Shown here one piece after another: positions 50,498 to 60,555 of a stretch of DNA of 64,000 nt. The notes under the pieces were generated by a model. That model was not told the origin of the DNA. It saw nothing but the letters and a program-made list of their open reading frames with translations, and did not search any database. This DNA is from Candidatus Pyrohabitans jungbluthii. GTDB taxonomy: Archaea > Hydrothermarchaeota > Hydrothermarchaeia > Hydrothermarchaeales > BMS3B. The first letter of the stretch is position 1; every line of letters starts with the position of its first letter. The DNA lies in assembly GCA_002010065.2 (NCBI GenBank), contig MTMD02000008.1, forward strand, positions 160,001 to 224,000, written 5' to 3'. The position numbers and the translations under genes are program-made.

Positions 50498-51211
50498 ATG
50501 GGCATCCAGAGGGTCAGAACCTTTGTGCATGGCTTGGACGAGAAGATGGAGGGGGGAATTCCAAAGGGAAGCGTAAACCTCATCTGTGGTACCGCTGGCA
50601 CAATGAAGTCTTCCCTTGCGTACAGCATCCTTTACCACAACGCACTGAGTGCAGGAATACCGGGGCTTTACGTAACCCTGGAGCAGGACCCCAGGAGCCT
50701 GCTTATCCACATGGAAAAGCTGAACATGGCTAAGGAGGGCGCCGTTGACATAGTGAGCTTCAATGACATTAAAGAAAAGGTCAAAGAGAGAAGGGTGGAA
50801 AACTGGATTCAGAAGCTATCTGGCTTCCTCAAGGAGATGAAGGATGAGAAGAAGTATGAGCTTCTGGTGATCGACTCGCTGAACGCGCTCTACTCCCTCA
50901 CCACCATAAAAGACGTTCGAGCGGAGATATACTTCTTCTTCAAGTCCCTCAGCGACCTGGGCTTTACCTCCTTCCTGATCTCCGAGATGCCCCCTGAGGG
51001 CGGACGATACGGCGAGTACGGCGTTGAAGAGTTTCTCAGCGATGGCATAATCCACCTGCTCTTTCAGCGCAGAGGAGGCATACTAACCTCGCTGGAGCGC
51101 TACATAGGCATAGTGAAGATGCGCGCCACAAACCACGACACTCACTACTTCCCTCTGTTATACCAGAACGACAGGTTCACCATCTATACCAAAGAAGACC
51201 TTGAGCTGTGA
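50498..51211 (+). CDS. KaiC/RAD55-family single-domain ATPase
   Basis: GLDEKMEGGIP, GTAGTMKS, YVTLEQ, VIDSL, KMRATNH. Confidence 0.88.
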   Translation: MGIQRVRTFVHGLDEKMEGGIPKGSVNLICGTAGTMKSSLAYSILYHNALSAGIPGLYVTLEQDPRSLLIHMEKLNMAKEGAVDIVSFNDIKEKVKERRVENWIQKLSGFLKEMKDEKKYELLVIDSLNALYSLTTIKDVRAEIYFFFKSLSDLGFTSFLISEMPPEGGRYGEYGVEEFLSDGIIHLLFQRRGGILTSLERYIGIVKMRATNHDTHYFPLLYQNDRFTIYTKEDLEL

Positions 51212-51266
51212 TTGCAGACGTTAATAACCAAAAGACTTAAAAACCTGCAGGTGGTTACTACTTTCG

Positions 51267-51280
51267 AAACTTTTATATTG
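51267..51280 (+). promoter_or_regulatory. BRE/TATA box of the rpl44e operon
   Basis: GAAACTTTTATATT about 40 nt upstream of the start; similar boxes precede other + strand genes. Confidence 0.55.
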
Positions 51281-51320
51281 CTGCTCTGCGAGCTTTTAAA
51301 CTCCAATTTCGGTGATAGTT

Positions 51321-51599
51321 ATGAAGATGCCAAAGGAGAAGCGAACCTACTGCCCGAGTTGCAAGAGGCACACAGTGCATGAGGTGCTGAAGGTTAAGAA
51401 GCGTAAGGCGAGCGAGCTTAAAGCTGGGCAAAGGCAGTTCCGCAGAGTTTTGGCTGGCTATGGTGGATTCCCCCGCCCCTTGCCGAGCGGCTCAAAGCCC
51501 ACGAAGCGCGTAGCGCTTATACTGAGGTGCAAAGAGTGCAAGAAGGCGCACAGCATGAAGGGCTTCAGGGTTAAAAAGCTGGAGATGGAGGCGGTATAG
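51321..51599 (+). CDS. rpl44e: 50S ribosomal protein L44e
   Basis: [28 protein letters not shown]. Confidence 0.96.
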   Translation: MKMPKEKRTYCPSCKRHTVHEVLKVKKRKASELKAGQRQFRRVLAGYGGFPRPLPSGSKPTKRVALILRCKECKKAHSMKGFRVKKLEMEAV

Positions 51600-51796
51600 T
51601 GGCGGAGGATGACAAGCTTATTCCAAAGCCTCGCTCTCGTTTCCTGCGCGTTAAGTGCGACGACTGTAGCAATGAACAGGTAATATTCGGCTCCGCATCC
51701 TCAAAGGTTGTCTGCCTGGTGTGTGGCAAAACGCTTGCGGAGCCCACTGGTGGTAAGGTTAGAGTTCTCACCAAGATAATCTCTGTGCTGGAGTGA
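51599..51796 (+). CDS. rps27e: 30S ribosomal protein S27e
   Basis: [23 protein letters not shown]. Confidence 0.96.
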   Translation: MAEDDKLIPKPRSRFLRVKCDDCSNEQVIFGSASSKVVCLVCGKTLAEPTGGKVRVLTKIISVLE

Positions 51797-52611
51797 AGAA
51801 CTTGGTTCTGAAACGTGAGCCCTTTCCGAGCGAAGGCGACCTGGTGGTTTGCACCGTAACTAAGGTTTACCCTCATGGAGCCTTCGCCAGGTTAGATGAG
51901 TACAGGGATAGAGAGGGCTATATACATATCTCGGAGGTAGCCTCCACCTGGATAAAGAACATCCGGGATTTTGTGAAGGAGGGGCAGAAGACAGTAGCCA
52001 AGGTTTTAGCTGTCGACCGCAAGAAGGGGCACATAGATTTATCGCTTCGCCGCGTTAGCGACGCCGCCAAGAAGAAGAAAATGCAGGAGTGGAAGCGCGC
52101 CCAGAAGGCTGAGAAGCTCCTGGAAATGGCGGCGACGCAGCTTGGTAAGAGTCTCGAGCAGGCGTACCACGAAGTTGGCTTTGTGCTCGAGGAGGAGTTC
52201 GGCGAAATTTACGGTGCCTTTGAGGAAATCTCCGCTCTGGGCGAGGAGGCGCTTAAGGGAATAAAGATACCCAAGGAGTGGGTGAAGCCGCTGGTAAAGC
52301 TGGCGCAGGAGAACGTCTCCATACCCAAGGTTAAGATTGACGGCTACGTTGACCTGCGCTCTCGCGCGCCCAATGGGGTTGAGATAATACGGGAAGCGCT
52401 CATCTCAGCCAAAAAGCTTGATCACGGCGATGATGTCAGCCTGGACATAAGCTATGTAGGCTCACCTAGGTATCGCATCACCGTCGTAGCGTACGACTAC
52501 AAAACCGCAGAAGAGGTGCTGAGGAAGACAGCTCAGCACGCGATAGACATCGTAACCCAGAAGGGTGGAGAAGGCAAATTTTACAGGGAAATAAAAGAGG
52601 AAAAGTCGTAG
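51793..52611 (+). CDS. eif2a: Translation initiation factor aIF2 alpha
   Basis: S1 domain (EGYIHISEV), [17 protein letters not shown]. Confidence 0.96.
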   Translation: MKNLVLKREPFPSEGDLVVCTVTKVYPHGAFARLDEYRDREGYIHISEVASTWIKNIRDFVKEGQKTVAKVLAVDRKKGHIDLSLRRVSDAAKKKKMQEWKRAQKAEKLLEMAATQLGKSLEQAYHEVGFVLEEEFGEIYGAFEEISALGEEALKGIKIPKEWVKPLVKLAQENVSIPKVKIDGYVDLRSRAPNGVEIIREALISAKKLDHGDDVSLDISYVGSPRYRITVVAYDYKTAEEVLRKTAQHAIDIVTQKGGEGKFYREIKEEKS

Positions 52612-52797
52612 ATGAACCGACTTAGAGTGTGCAAGAAGTGCAGGGTTTACACCCTGAAGGACACCTGCAAGGTATGCGGTGAGCCTACGGTTTCTCCCCA
52701 CCCACCGAGATTTTCACCTCAGGACCCGTACGGGGAGTACAGGAGAAAGCTCAAGAGGGAAATTATGAAGGAAGAGGGGAAGGAGTATGCAGTTTGA
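52612..52797 (+). CDS. nop10: H/ACA RNP protein Nop10
   Basis: CKKC.VYTLK..C..CG..PHPPRFSPQDPYGEYRR. Confidence 0.95.
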   Translation: MNRLRVCKKCRVYTLKDTCKVCGEPTVSPHPPRFSPQDPYGEYRRKLKREIMKEEGKEYAV

Positions 52798-53569
52798 GGT
52801 TGTATTTACACGTAAACCTGAGCTTCGCTCGCCAGTGCTCATCGAAGGCTTGCCCGGCATTGGGCATGTGGGTAAGATAGCAGCCAAGCACATGATACGC
52901 GAGCTTCGCGCAAAGAAGTTCGCTAGGCTCTACTCAGCTACATTCCCACCCCATGTTATTATTAAAAAGACGGGAATGATAGAGGAGATGAAAAACGAGT
53001 TTTATTACTGGCATGCGCAGGAAGAAGGACAACGAGACCTGATTTTCGTCATAGGCAATACTCAGAGCACCTCTCCGGAAGGGCAGTACTTGCTGTGCGA
53101 GAAGATTCTGGATGTGGCGCAGGAGCTTGGCGCTAAGGAGATGTTTACCCTTGGCGGGCTTGGGGTTGGCAGACCGGTAGATAACCCGAAGGTTTTTGGA
53201 GCTGTTAATCACCCCCGCTACATACCCCTGCTGGAGGAGAAGGGCGTTGTAATGAAGCGCGACGGCGTGGGGCAGATTATAGGCGTCTCTGGCATGCTTC
53301 TGAGTCAGGGGAAAAGGCGAGGTATATATGGCGCTTGCTTGATGGGCGAGACCTCTGGCTTCTATGTTGACCCCAACAGTGCGCGTGCAGTGCTTGAAGT
53401 GCTCACCGCGATACTCCAAGTCCCCATAAGCATGGAAAAGCTTGTGAAGCGTGTAAAGGACGCTGCGAGGCGTGTGGAGGAGGCGCAGAGGCTGGAGAGG
53501 AAGATGATGGAGGACATGGGAATAATTCGGCGAGAGCCCAGCGATGAGGTGATGCGCTACATAGGGTAG
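52787..53569 (+). CDS. PAC2-family proteasome assembly chaperone-like protein
   Basis: IEGLPGIGHVGK, TLGG, CLMGETSG; C-terminal YIG; conserved operon position. Confidence 0.9.
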   Translation: MQFEVVFTRKPELRSPVLIEGLPGIGHVGKIAAKHMIRELRAKKFARLYSATFPPHVIIKKTGMIEEMKNEFYYWHAQEEGQRDLIFVIGNTQSTSPEGQYLLCEKILDVAQELGAKEMFTLGGLGVGRPVDNPKVFGAVNHPRYIPLLEEKGVVMKRDGVGQIIGVSGMLLSQGKRRGIYGACLMGETSGFYVDPNSARAVLEVLTAILQVPISMEKLVKRVKDAARRVEEAQRLERKMMEDMGIIRREPSDEVMRYIG

Positions 53570-53688
53570 GGCGCCCCCGCTTGGTTTAATGCTGGGTTAA
53601 CTATCGTTGCACAATATATTTTCCCCTTTTCTCTGAATCTGACGAATTCATCTCTTTAAAAAATCTAAACCCAAAAAGTAAAGTCAAT

Positions 53689-54417
53689 TTATATGAGTCT
53701 GACATCAAACTGGCAGTAATTGTCTCCAAGTCCCCAGCATTTTATCTCCTTTACACTGGATTTCCCTATGGTTGCATCCACAAGACCGCCGATAATACCG
53801 GCTTCAAAGTAGCAGATAGCCGAGCCGATATTTGGCATACCGTAGCAGGTTGTACATTCCCGCAGGTCTACCAGGATGTGTTCGTCGTTAATTGGATGAA
53901 CCTTGACAAGTCCTATTCTCAGTTTCTCAAAAATTGGAGCTGCTGATTTCATCATTGTAGCTAGGTCTGAGGTGTCAACGTATTTGCTCAACTCCTCCTT
54001 GGCTATTACCTCCCCCATTTCGTAAAACATATTATCCACAGAATCAACCATTGCGAGGGCGATTTTAAATGTCCTGAAAAAGGTAAGCGGGAATGCATCT
54101 CCCAGTGTTGGTCTTATTTTTGTTTCGTCACCCCTAAGGATTGAATCTATCACAGGACCCTGAGTACTTCTTATATATTCTTTAATTTTATTAATTTTCG
54201 GGGAGATAAACCACAGAGTTACTGGACCTAATTTTCTTTTCTCGATATTTCCAGTAAGTCTTATCATCTCCAGATATTTACTCGTAGTGGTCCTGCTGAC
54301 ATTCAGTTTCTTTGCAATTTCCGATGTGCTCATGCCAGTAGGCGTTGATTCTAGGAGTGTCATCACCTTCTTTCGGATATCAACGTAATCTAATTCTCCA
54401 TTTGGCATGATATACAA
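53689..54417 (-). CDS. HTH-V4R domain transcriptional regulator
   Basis: N-terminal wHTH (STSEIAKKLNVSRTTTSKYL); V4R (ECTTC..ICYFEAGII..EIKCWGLGDNYCQF). Confidence 0.85.
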   Translation of the reverse strand: MYIMPNGELDYVDIRKKVMTLLESTPTGMSTSEIAKKLNVSRTTTSKYLEMIRLTGNIEKRKLGPVTLWFISPKINKIKEYIRSTQGPVIDSILRGDETKIRPTLGDAFPLTFFRTFKIALAMVDSVDNMFYEMGEVIAKEELSKYVDTSDLATMMKSAAPIFEKLRIGLVKVHPINDEHILVDLRECTTCYGMPNIGSAICYFEAGIIGGLVDATIGKSSVKEIKCWGLGDNYCQFDVRLI

Positions 54418-54602
54418 TATCTCCGAAATTTATTTATATAAGGTAGGCTTTCTGTCTACCTCTTTTCTTTTATTACTGGAGTCTCCATTAATACCCTATC
54501 ACTAGGCCTGCTGTATTCATCGCTATGTTGGGGACACCTAGCTTTATGCTACCAGAAGACCCGCCTGCAAAAGGTTTTTTTACAACCACATAAAAAGAAA
54601 TA

Positions 54603-54854
54603 TTGACCATGTACAAGGATGAGGAGCTTTTGGGGAAGGAGGTTATAGACGCTTCCGGCGAACTTCTGGGCGAGGTGTTAGAGATAACTATGGTGGACGA
54701 CGTGCCCTGCATGCTGGTTGGCGAACGAAAATTTCTCGCCTCAAAGGAGAGGGTGATAAACACCTCAGCAATCAAGGTGCCCTACTACGAGATCGCCTCT
54801 GTAGATGATGTGATAATACTCAACAAGAGCAGAGGTGAGCTTCGTCTTCTCTAG
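54603..54854 (+). CDS. PRC-barrel domain protein
   Basis: ELLGKEVIDASGELLGEV..VPYYEIASVDDVIIL. Confidence 0.82.
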   Translation: MTMYKDEELLGKEVIDASGELLGEVLEITMVDDVPCMLVGERKFLASKERVINTSAIKVPYYEIASVDDVIILNKSRGELRLL

Positions 54855-54985
54855 CGTTTTCTCCTCAGTCTGTCAAGCAGGGCGTGCTTCCTCGCCAGCC
54901 TTCTTGCGTGGTAGGCCAGGTTTATCAGAATCAGTCCCAGTATAAGGGTTAAGAGAAGCTCAATCAGGTACTCCGTAGCCCTCAT
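54851..54985 (-). CDS. Putative 44-aa single-TM microprotein
   Basis: ATGA overlap with the rqcH stop; MRATEYLIELLLTLILGLILINLAYHARRLARKHALLDRLRRKR. Confidence 0.6.
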   Translation of the reverse strand: MRATEYLIELLLTLILGLILINLAYHARRLARKHALLDRLRRKR

Positions 54986-56973
54986 CTTTCATCCTCCACT
55001 ATGTCGCTTGTGCCGGGTGGTAAAAACGCCTGAATATCCTCTATTGGTATGCCTTCTATTTTCCCGCGCACCTCTTCGCCCAGCTTCTTGGCAAGCTCCC
55101 TCTTTATGCGCTCCGCAACCTCCTTGCTCTTGCTCCTGCCAGGAGCAAGGAGTACGTACGCATTAGCCCTCGCTCTTATAGCAGAGGGAGGCCCGCCTAT
55201 AACCCGAGGCTCTTCGTTCAGCACCACGCCTATAGCTACGCGCACCTTACCTATGCCATAATTTCGCCTGCCACGAATCACAAATGCACCCTTCGCTACA
55301 TACTCACCGCTCTCAGCGCGCTTGCTAACCTGCTCTGGCTTAACCCAGTAAACCTCAATGCTGGCGATGCCATGCTTCCAGGCACGAGAGTAGCTTGCTG
55401 CGAAGTCAAAGGCTTCCTGAATCGTTGCCTCTGGCACCTCTTTTCCTTCAGTTCTTATAATCACTGCGGGTGCGCCGTGAATGTCGGCGTGCACAAATAT
55501 ATCATCCTTGCCAAGGTGCTTCTTAACAAGCACCTCGTTGCTCACCGCGTCCCTGCCGCCAAGCACCAGAAAGCCGTCGCTGGAGATAAACCACCGGAAC
55601 TTCTCATACCACTCCTTCTTCCTCTTCACCCGCTTCTGTGGCGCCTTAACCTCTGCCTCAAAGGCTTCAACGCCCCGCGCCTTGAACTCGCGTATCTCCT
55701 TAACAGTCTTCAGCACCGCTTCCCTTGCGCTAATCGCCTTGCTTCTGAGCTTCTTGCTCCTCTCATAAAAAAACTCAGCATTCTCGGCGGCGCTCTTCCT
55801 TATATCGAGGGTAACCTCCCTGCCATCGAGGGTAAGCACCACCTCTCCTCGCGATGGGCTGAGCCGCTTTATAAGCTCAGCCTCCTTCACCTTGCCTTTG
55901 CCCTGTTTTATCCTTGCCTCTATCTCCTGCCAGGAGTACTTCTCCCGTGCTCTTCTCAGCACGCTAAGGATGCGCTCCACCTCATTAAAGTGAAGGTAAA
56001 TCGCATCCCCCTTGCTGCGCAGCTCCTTCTCCTCCTGCAGGTACTTCTTTATCGTCTGAGTCTGGGACTTAAGGCGGAAGAGCAGGCGATTGAGCTCCGC
56101 TTTAAACTTCTCCTCCCGTTGCTTTGCTAACCTCTCCACCTCGTGCTTTGTGAAGTACTCGTCCAGCGCTTGGTTAAAGCTCGTGAAGCTCTTTCTCTCG
56201 TGCTGGGCGTAGATTTTCAGAGGCACGGGTGTGAGGTCTATCGCAACGCCATCCTCAAAAACAATCTCAGGCTTCTCCACACCAACCTTTGCTCTCAGCT
56301 CTTCAAGCGCTGCCTTAACTCTAGAAGCTTCTTCAGCGCCTATCTGCTTGGCATTCTTATCAACGCCTGCGCGGAGGCAGGTTTCTTCTGCATACAGTCC
56401 GCCCAAACCTAAATCTCTGGCAAGAGCGCGCACCAGGTCGCCCTTAGATTCGCTAACCACCCTCGCTATCTCCTCAGCGCTAAGCTCAAAGGGGTTTGCC
56501 CTCGCAGGCGGGAGTTGGTATTTCGCCCTGCCAACAAGCTCACGCGTAGAGTATCGCTTAGGCAGCATCACGGCGAGGATCTCATAGCTATCGTTTGTCA
56601 GTATAACATTTCCCTTGCCGAAAAGCTCAGCGATGAGGTTGTACCTCTCGCGATTTCTGCCCGTGAAGCTGAGAATTACTATCCTATCGAAGCCTACCTG
56701 CTCAATCTCCTCAAGTATCGCATTGCCAAGATGCTTGCGCAGTGCCATGGCGAACATCGATGGTTGCTGCGGTGCTGGCCTCGGGTAAGCGGTTAGGTGA
56801 ATCCTCTTTCCTGCCTCTATCACCAGGTCCTCCCTTCCTTTACCTCTAACGTTGAGGGTTATTCTCAGCTCACTCGGGGTGGGTTGAAAAACTTTATTAA
56901 CCCTGGCACCTATTATCTCCTGAAGTTCCCTGACTGCAGCCAGAATATCGAAGCTGCTCATACTGGTCTTCAT
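54982..56973 (-). CDS. rqcH: Ribosome rescue factor aRqcH (Rqc2/NEMF, NFACT family)
   Basis: MSSFD, QVGFDRI, ELFGKGN, WYEKFRWF, GRDAVSNE, HADIHGAP, GAFVIRG. Confidence 0.93.
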   Translation of the reverse strand: MKTSMSSFDILAAVRELQEIIGARVNKVFQPTPSELRITLNVRGKGREDLVIEAGKRIHLTAYPRPAPQQPSMFAMALRKHLGNAILEEIEQVGFDRIVILSFTGRNRERYNLIAELFGKGNVILTNDSYEILAVMLPKRYSTRELVGRAKYQLPPARANPFELSAEEIARVVSESKGDLVRALARDLGLGGLYAEETCLRAGVDKNAKQIGAEEASRVKAALEELRAKVGVEKPEIVFEDGVAIDLTPVPLKIYAQHERKSFTSFNQALDEYFTKHEVERLAKQREEKFKAELNRLLFRLKSQTQTIKKYLQEEKELRSKGDAIYLHFNEVERILSVLRRAREKYSWQEIEARIKQGKGKVKEAELIKRLSPSRGEVVLTLDGREVTLDIRKSAAENAEFFYERSKKLRSKAISAREAVLKTVKEIREFKARGVEAFEAEVKAPQKRVKRKKEWYEKFRWFISSDGFLVLGGRDAVSNEVLVKKHLGKDDIFVHADIHGAPAVIIRTEGKEVPEATIQEAFDFAASYSRAWKHGIASIEVYWVKPEQVSKRAESGEYVAKGAFVIRGRRNYGIGKVRVAIGVVLNEEPRVIGGPPSAIRARANAYVLLAPGRSKSKEVAERIKRELAKKLGEEVRGKIEGIPIEDIQAFLPPGTSDIVEDER

Positions 56974-56994
56974 ATCACCACCGGAGGAAATACA

Positions 56995-57276
56995 ATGGAA
57001 CGTGAGATAGAGCGAAAGGTGAGTCTTATCCACGCTTTGGTGGGCGCGGTCGTAGGTGTAGCCTCGCCCTTCCTATTCACCAGAACATTAACCTTTGTCT
57101 CAGTAATTATTGTAGGCTTTTTGCTCGCTTACCCGCTATATATTCTAACCCGCAAAATATTCAACCTATCAGAGAAGGAGTTCACCCTGAAAGACTGGGC
57201 AGGTAAGGGTTTCCTCTACTTCTTTGCTGCCTGGATTCTGGTATGGACTATAGCATACAACTTTATAATTGCCTAA
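56995..57276 (+). CDS. EMC6-like (DUF5379) membrane protein
   Basis: GGAGG SD; IHALVGAVVG..KDWAGKG..WILVWTIAYN; 3 TM. Confidence 0.72.
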   Translation: MEREIERKVSLIHALVGAVVGVASPFLFTRTLTFVSVIIVGFLLAYPLYILTRKIFNLSEKEFTLKDWAGKGFLYFFAAWILVWTIAYNFIIA

Positions 57277-57316
57277 AATAAGAAAACTGAGAAAAACAGA
57301 AAAAAAGGGCGGAGGC

Positions 57317-57634
57317 TCAGCCGAAGAGCGCTCCCAGTCCCTCGAGAGCCTCCTCTTCGCTGGGCTCTTCCTCTTTCTCTTCTTCCTTCTCCTCTGCAGG
57401 GGCGGCTTCCTCCGCAGCAGGCGCCGCAGCAGCCGCAGGTGCTGCAGCTACAGGCGCAACCGCAGCCTGCTTAATAGCCTCGTCTATGTCGATGCCCTCA
57501 AGGGCAGCGACGAGAGCTTTGACCCGAGCCTCGTCAACGCTTATCTTCGAGGCTTCGAGCACCGCCTTGACGTTCTCCTCATTTATCTCCTGCCCTGCAG
57601 CATGGAGAAGCATGGCAGCGTAAACATACTCCAT
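57317..57634 (-). CDS. rpl12: 50S ribosomal protein P1/L12
   Basis: [18 protein letters not shown]. Confidence 0.97.
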   Translation of the reverse strand: MEYVYAAMLLHAAGQEINEENVKAVLEASKISVDEARVKALVAALEGIDIDEAIKQAAVAPVAAAPAAAAAPAAEEAAPAEEKEEEKEEEPSEEEALEGLGALFG

Positions 57635-57647
57635 TTCTTCACCTCCA

Positions 57648-58670
57648 TTATCCGAACAGTGCTCCTAACCCTGCCGCAGCCTCCTCTTCGCTCGGCTCCT
57701 CTTCCTTCTCTTCCTCTGCCTCTGGTTGTGGCTCCTCCTTCGCTGGTTCTTCGCTTGGTGGCGCTGCAGCTTGGGTTGCGCTGAGCGCTTGCCTCAGCTC
57801 ATCGTCAAGGGCTGAATCGCTGAGCTTAGACGCCAAGGATAACATCTGCAAGTGGGCTTTCGCAAGAAGCTTGTCCACCACATCAGGCTCTGGTATCGCT
57901 GCTTCGAGCGCAAGAGCGAGCGCTTCGCGGTACGCTTTGGCGATTGCAAGAGGTGCCGTTTCCTTGGTGAGGAAGCCAGAGTTAACGCTCAGATTGACAG
58001 CCTGCTGGTACGCAAGAGCAAGCTTCGCCTTTATCTCCTCTTCGTCTACCCTAAGCACATCCGGCAGAAAAACTGTACCAGCCTCGTAAGCTGCGATGAG
58101 GTCAAGGCCAACCTCCATAGGCTCTATACCAAGGCGGCTCAGTATGTTCGCCAGCTTGGCATCTATCACATCGCCCGCCTTGGCTACGACAGCGTCCTTC
58201 TTAACAGCGATCTTACCACCCTTTATCTCCGTCTGTATTCCCAGCGCCTGTAGCTCGCCCAGCAGCGGGCCAGGAGCAAAGGGGGTCTCACCCTTGGGTA
58301 CTACAATATCGCGGGGAGCGATGCTGTTGGGTTTAGCAGGAGCGGGGACCTTGTTCTCCTCCAGTATCTTGTACAGCTTGAACGGGTTGATCTTGGAGAA
58401 TATAAACGCCGGCTGACCGCGGAGCATATCTTTTAAGCCCTCGAGGCTCTTCTCCTCCTTTGCAGCCTTCTCAATCGCATGGCGCATTATGGACTTCTTC
58501 GACATTTTGATGAGCACATCTCCGCGAAGCTTGGCGCGCATCTTCTGCAGCGTCCTCGCGGGGATGTTCTCCATGTTCACTATTCCTACGACTGGATAAT
58601 CCTGTATAAGCTTTGCAAGCTCTTCAACCTTTTCCAGCTTCCACTTAGCCACAGCACCCGAAGCCCGCAT
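57648..58670 (-). CDS. rpl10: 50S ribosomal protein P0/L10
   Basis: [31 protein letters not shown]. Confidence 0.97.
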   Translation of the reverse strand: MRASGAVAKWKLEKVEELAKLIQDYPVVGIVNMENIPARTLQKMRAKLRGDVLIKMSKKSIMRHAIEKAAKEEKSLEGLKDMLRGQPAFIFSKINPFKLYKILEENKVPAPAKPNSIAPRDIVVPKGETPFAPGPLLGELQALGIQTEIKGGKIAVKKDAVVAKAGDVIDAKLANILSRLGIEPMEVGLDLIAAYEAGTVFLPDVLRVDEEEIKAKLALAYQQAVNLSVNSGFLTKETAPLAIAKAYREALALALEAAIPEPDVVDKLLAKAHLQMLSLASKLSDSALDDELRQALSATQAAAPPSEEPAKEEPQPEAEEEKEEEPSEEEAAAGLGALFG

Positions 58671-58673
58671 CTC

Positions 58674-59321
58674 TTAAACCTCCACCCGTACGCTCGGCCC
58701 CATGGTAGTCTTGATGTACACACTCTTTATATTACCCATACCCTTGTCCAGCTTTCTCTCCAGATGCGAGAGCACTGCCTCAACATTCTGGGCAACATCA
58801 TCGTCGCTCATATCCTCGCTTCCTACTGCTACATGTATCACCGGCTTATCCTTGGTGCGGAGCCTCACTGTGCGCCTCAGGCGCTCCACTATTGGCGCGA
58901 TAGGCGCATTCGGGGGCACAGGCTTGGGCATCTTGCCTCGAGGACCAAGCACAGGGCCAAGAAATCTACCTATGAGAGGCATCAAATCTGTCTGGGCGAT
59001 AAAGAAGTCAATATCGTTAGCAATCTTTTTCGCTTTCTTCTTATCCTTTGCAAGCTCTTCAAGCTCCTCCTTGGTTATCACCATATCAGCATGCTCCTTC
59101 GCGGCGAGAGCAAGCTCGTCGCCCGCGATAATCGCAACCTTAACATGCTTACCTCTGCCCTTCGGCAGAACAACCTCCTCGTTGAGGCGGTTCTCTGGCT
59201 TAGACATATCTATGTCGCGGAGATTTATCGCCAGGTCAAAGCTCTGGGTAAAGTTGCGCTTTTTCGAGGCTTTTCTGGCCTCTCCTACAGCTTTCACAAT
59301 TTTTTCTGTAGTGACCGCCAT
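58674..59321 (-). CDS. rpl1: 50S ribosomal protein L1
   Basis: [21 protein letters not shown]. Confidence 0.97.
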   Translation of the reverse strand: MAVTTEKIVKAVGEARKASKKRNFTQSFDLAINLRDIDMSKPENRLNEEVVLPKGRGKHVKVAIIAGDELALAAKEHADMVITKEELEELAKDKKKAKKIANDIDFFIAQTDLMPLIGRFLGPVLGPRGKMPKPVPPNAPIAPIVERLRRTVRLRTKDKPVIHVAVGSEDMSDDDVAQNVEAVLSHLERKLDKGMGNIKSVYIKTTMGPSVRVEV

Positions 59322-59325
59322 TTTT

Positions 59326-59805
59326 TCACCCCTCGAACTTATCGTCGTACTTGCCTTCGTCTATCTCTCGCTGGACTTCCTTCGCAGGCTTGCCTTCGAC
59401 AGTTACCCCCATGGAAACGCAGGTGCCAAGAACTTCCTTGGTCGCTGCCTTGAGGTCTGCGGCGAGCATTCCATCGCGCTTCATCCTTGCTATTTTAATC
59501 GCCTGCTCTATGCTTAGGTTGCCCACTATGCTTGTCTTTGCATCGCTTGAGCCCTTCTCTATGCCGAGTTCTTTAATTATCAGCGCACTCGTCGGCGGAG
59601 TGCCAACCTCGATCTCGAAGGCTTTTGTCTTGGGGTCTACAATGACCTTAACCGGTACCTTCATGCCAGCGAAGTCCTTTGTCTTCTCGTTAATCGCAGC
59701 TACCACTGCGGAGATGTTAACTCCAAGCGGGCCAAGCGCAGGTCCAAGAGGTGGACCCGGTGATGCCTTGCCGCCCTCAACGAGACTCTCAACCACCTGT
59801 TTCAC
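59326..59805 (-). CDS. rpl11: 50S ribosomal protein L11
   Basis: [29 protein letters not shown]. Confidence 0.97.
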   Translation of the reverse strand: MKQVVESLVEGGKASPGPPLGPALGPLGVNISAVVAAINEKTKDFAGMKVPVKVIVDPKTKAFEIEVGTPPTSALIIKELGIEKGSSDAKTSIVGNLSIEQAIKIARMKRDGMLAADLKAATKEVLGTCVSMGVTVEGKPAKEVQREIDEGKYDDKFEG

Positions 59806-60268
59806 TTTCCGACGCCTCCTTTCTAATCACCTTGATGCTCTCGCCCTTCACCGTGACAGGTATAGGCACAGTAGCTTCAAAAAGCTCTACTGTGATTTCC
59901 TCCTTCTTCAGGTCAACCCTCACAACGCGCGCTTTTTCACCCTTGAAGGGGCCACTTATAAGCTCAACTATGTCACCTTGCTCAACCTTGGTTACCATGG
60001 GTTTGGGCTCAAAGAACCGCTCGATGTCCGCTATGGGAATCTCACCCGGGACAATGCCCTTGTTGTGAGCAACACCGCGCAACGCCTTCTCTATCTCCGT
60101 CTTATCCTTTGCCTCCACGAGGATGTAGCCTCTTATGTCATGGGGTACAAGTACAGCGTAAACCTCAAAGCCCTCCTTCTCTATTCTGGCGCTCATCATA
60201 TCTGCTACGTTTCTCTCCTGCCCTATGGTTGTGCGAACCGCGTAAATTTTAGAATCCATGACCTTCAC
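59789..60268 (-). CDS. spt5: Transcription elongation factor Spt5/NusG
   Basis: [18 protein letters not shown] motif [13 protein letters not shown]. Confidence 0.95.
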   Translation of the reverse strand: MKVMDSKIYAVRTTIGQERNVADMMSARIEKEGFEVYAVLVPHDIRGYILVEAKDKTEIEKALRGVAHNKGIVPGEIPIADIERFFEPKPMVTKVEQGDIVELISGPFKGEKARVVRVDLKKEEITVELFEATVPIPVTVKGESIKVIRKEASESETGG

Positions 60269-60346
60269 CGAGTTAAAAATTTAAAAACAGGCTTAGGTAG
60301 TCTGAGCCTTTATTCTATATAAACTTTTTGCCTAACGGATTCAAAC

Positions 60347-60550
60347 TTACTTGATGATGGAGCTGGCGAGATGTATGGAAAGGCGTATGAAGAAAGCCAC
60401 TGCGCCGATGAGAATCATGCCCGCGCCCGTGACCTTGGCAACACTCAGGTACTCACTTTTGCGTGGTTTCCGCGAGAGCTTTATAACGCGGTTCCACTCC
60501 TTTATCTTCTCGTTCAACCTAAACTTCTGAACCACTGCAATCTGCACCAT
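60347..60550 (-). CDS. secE: Protein translocase subunit SecE (Sec61 gamma)
   Basis: [19 protein letters not shown] followed by a TM. Confidence 0.9.
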   Translation of the reverse strand: MVQIAVVQKFRLNEKIKEWNRVIKLSRKPRKSEYLSVAKVTGAGMILIGAVAFFIRLSIHLASSIIK

Positions 60551-60555
60551 TTAAA

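Noticed and set aside
57350-57790. Repeated sequence at the rpl10 and rpl12 3' ends
   Set aside because: These are the normal homologous acidic stalk tails ([10 protein letters not shown]).
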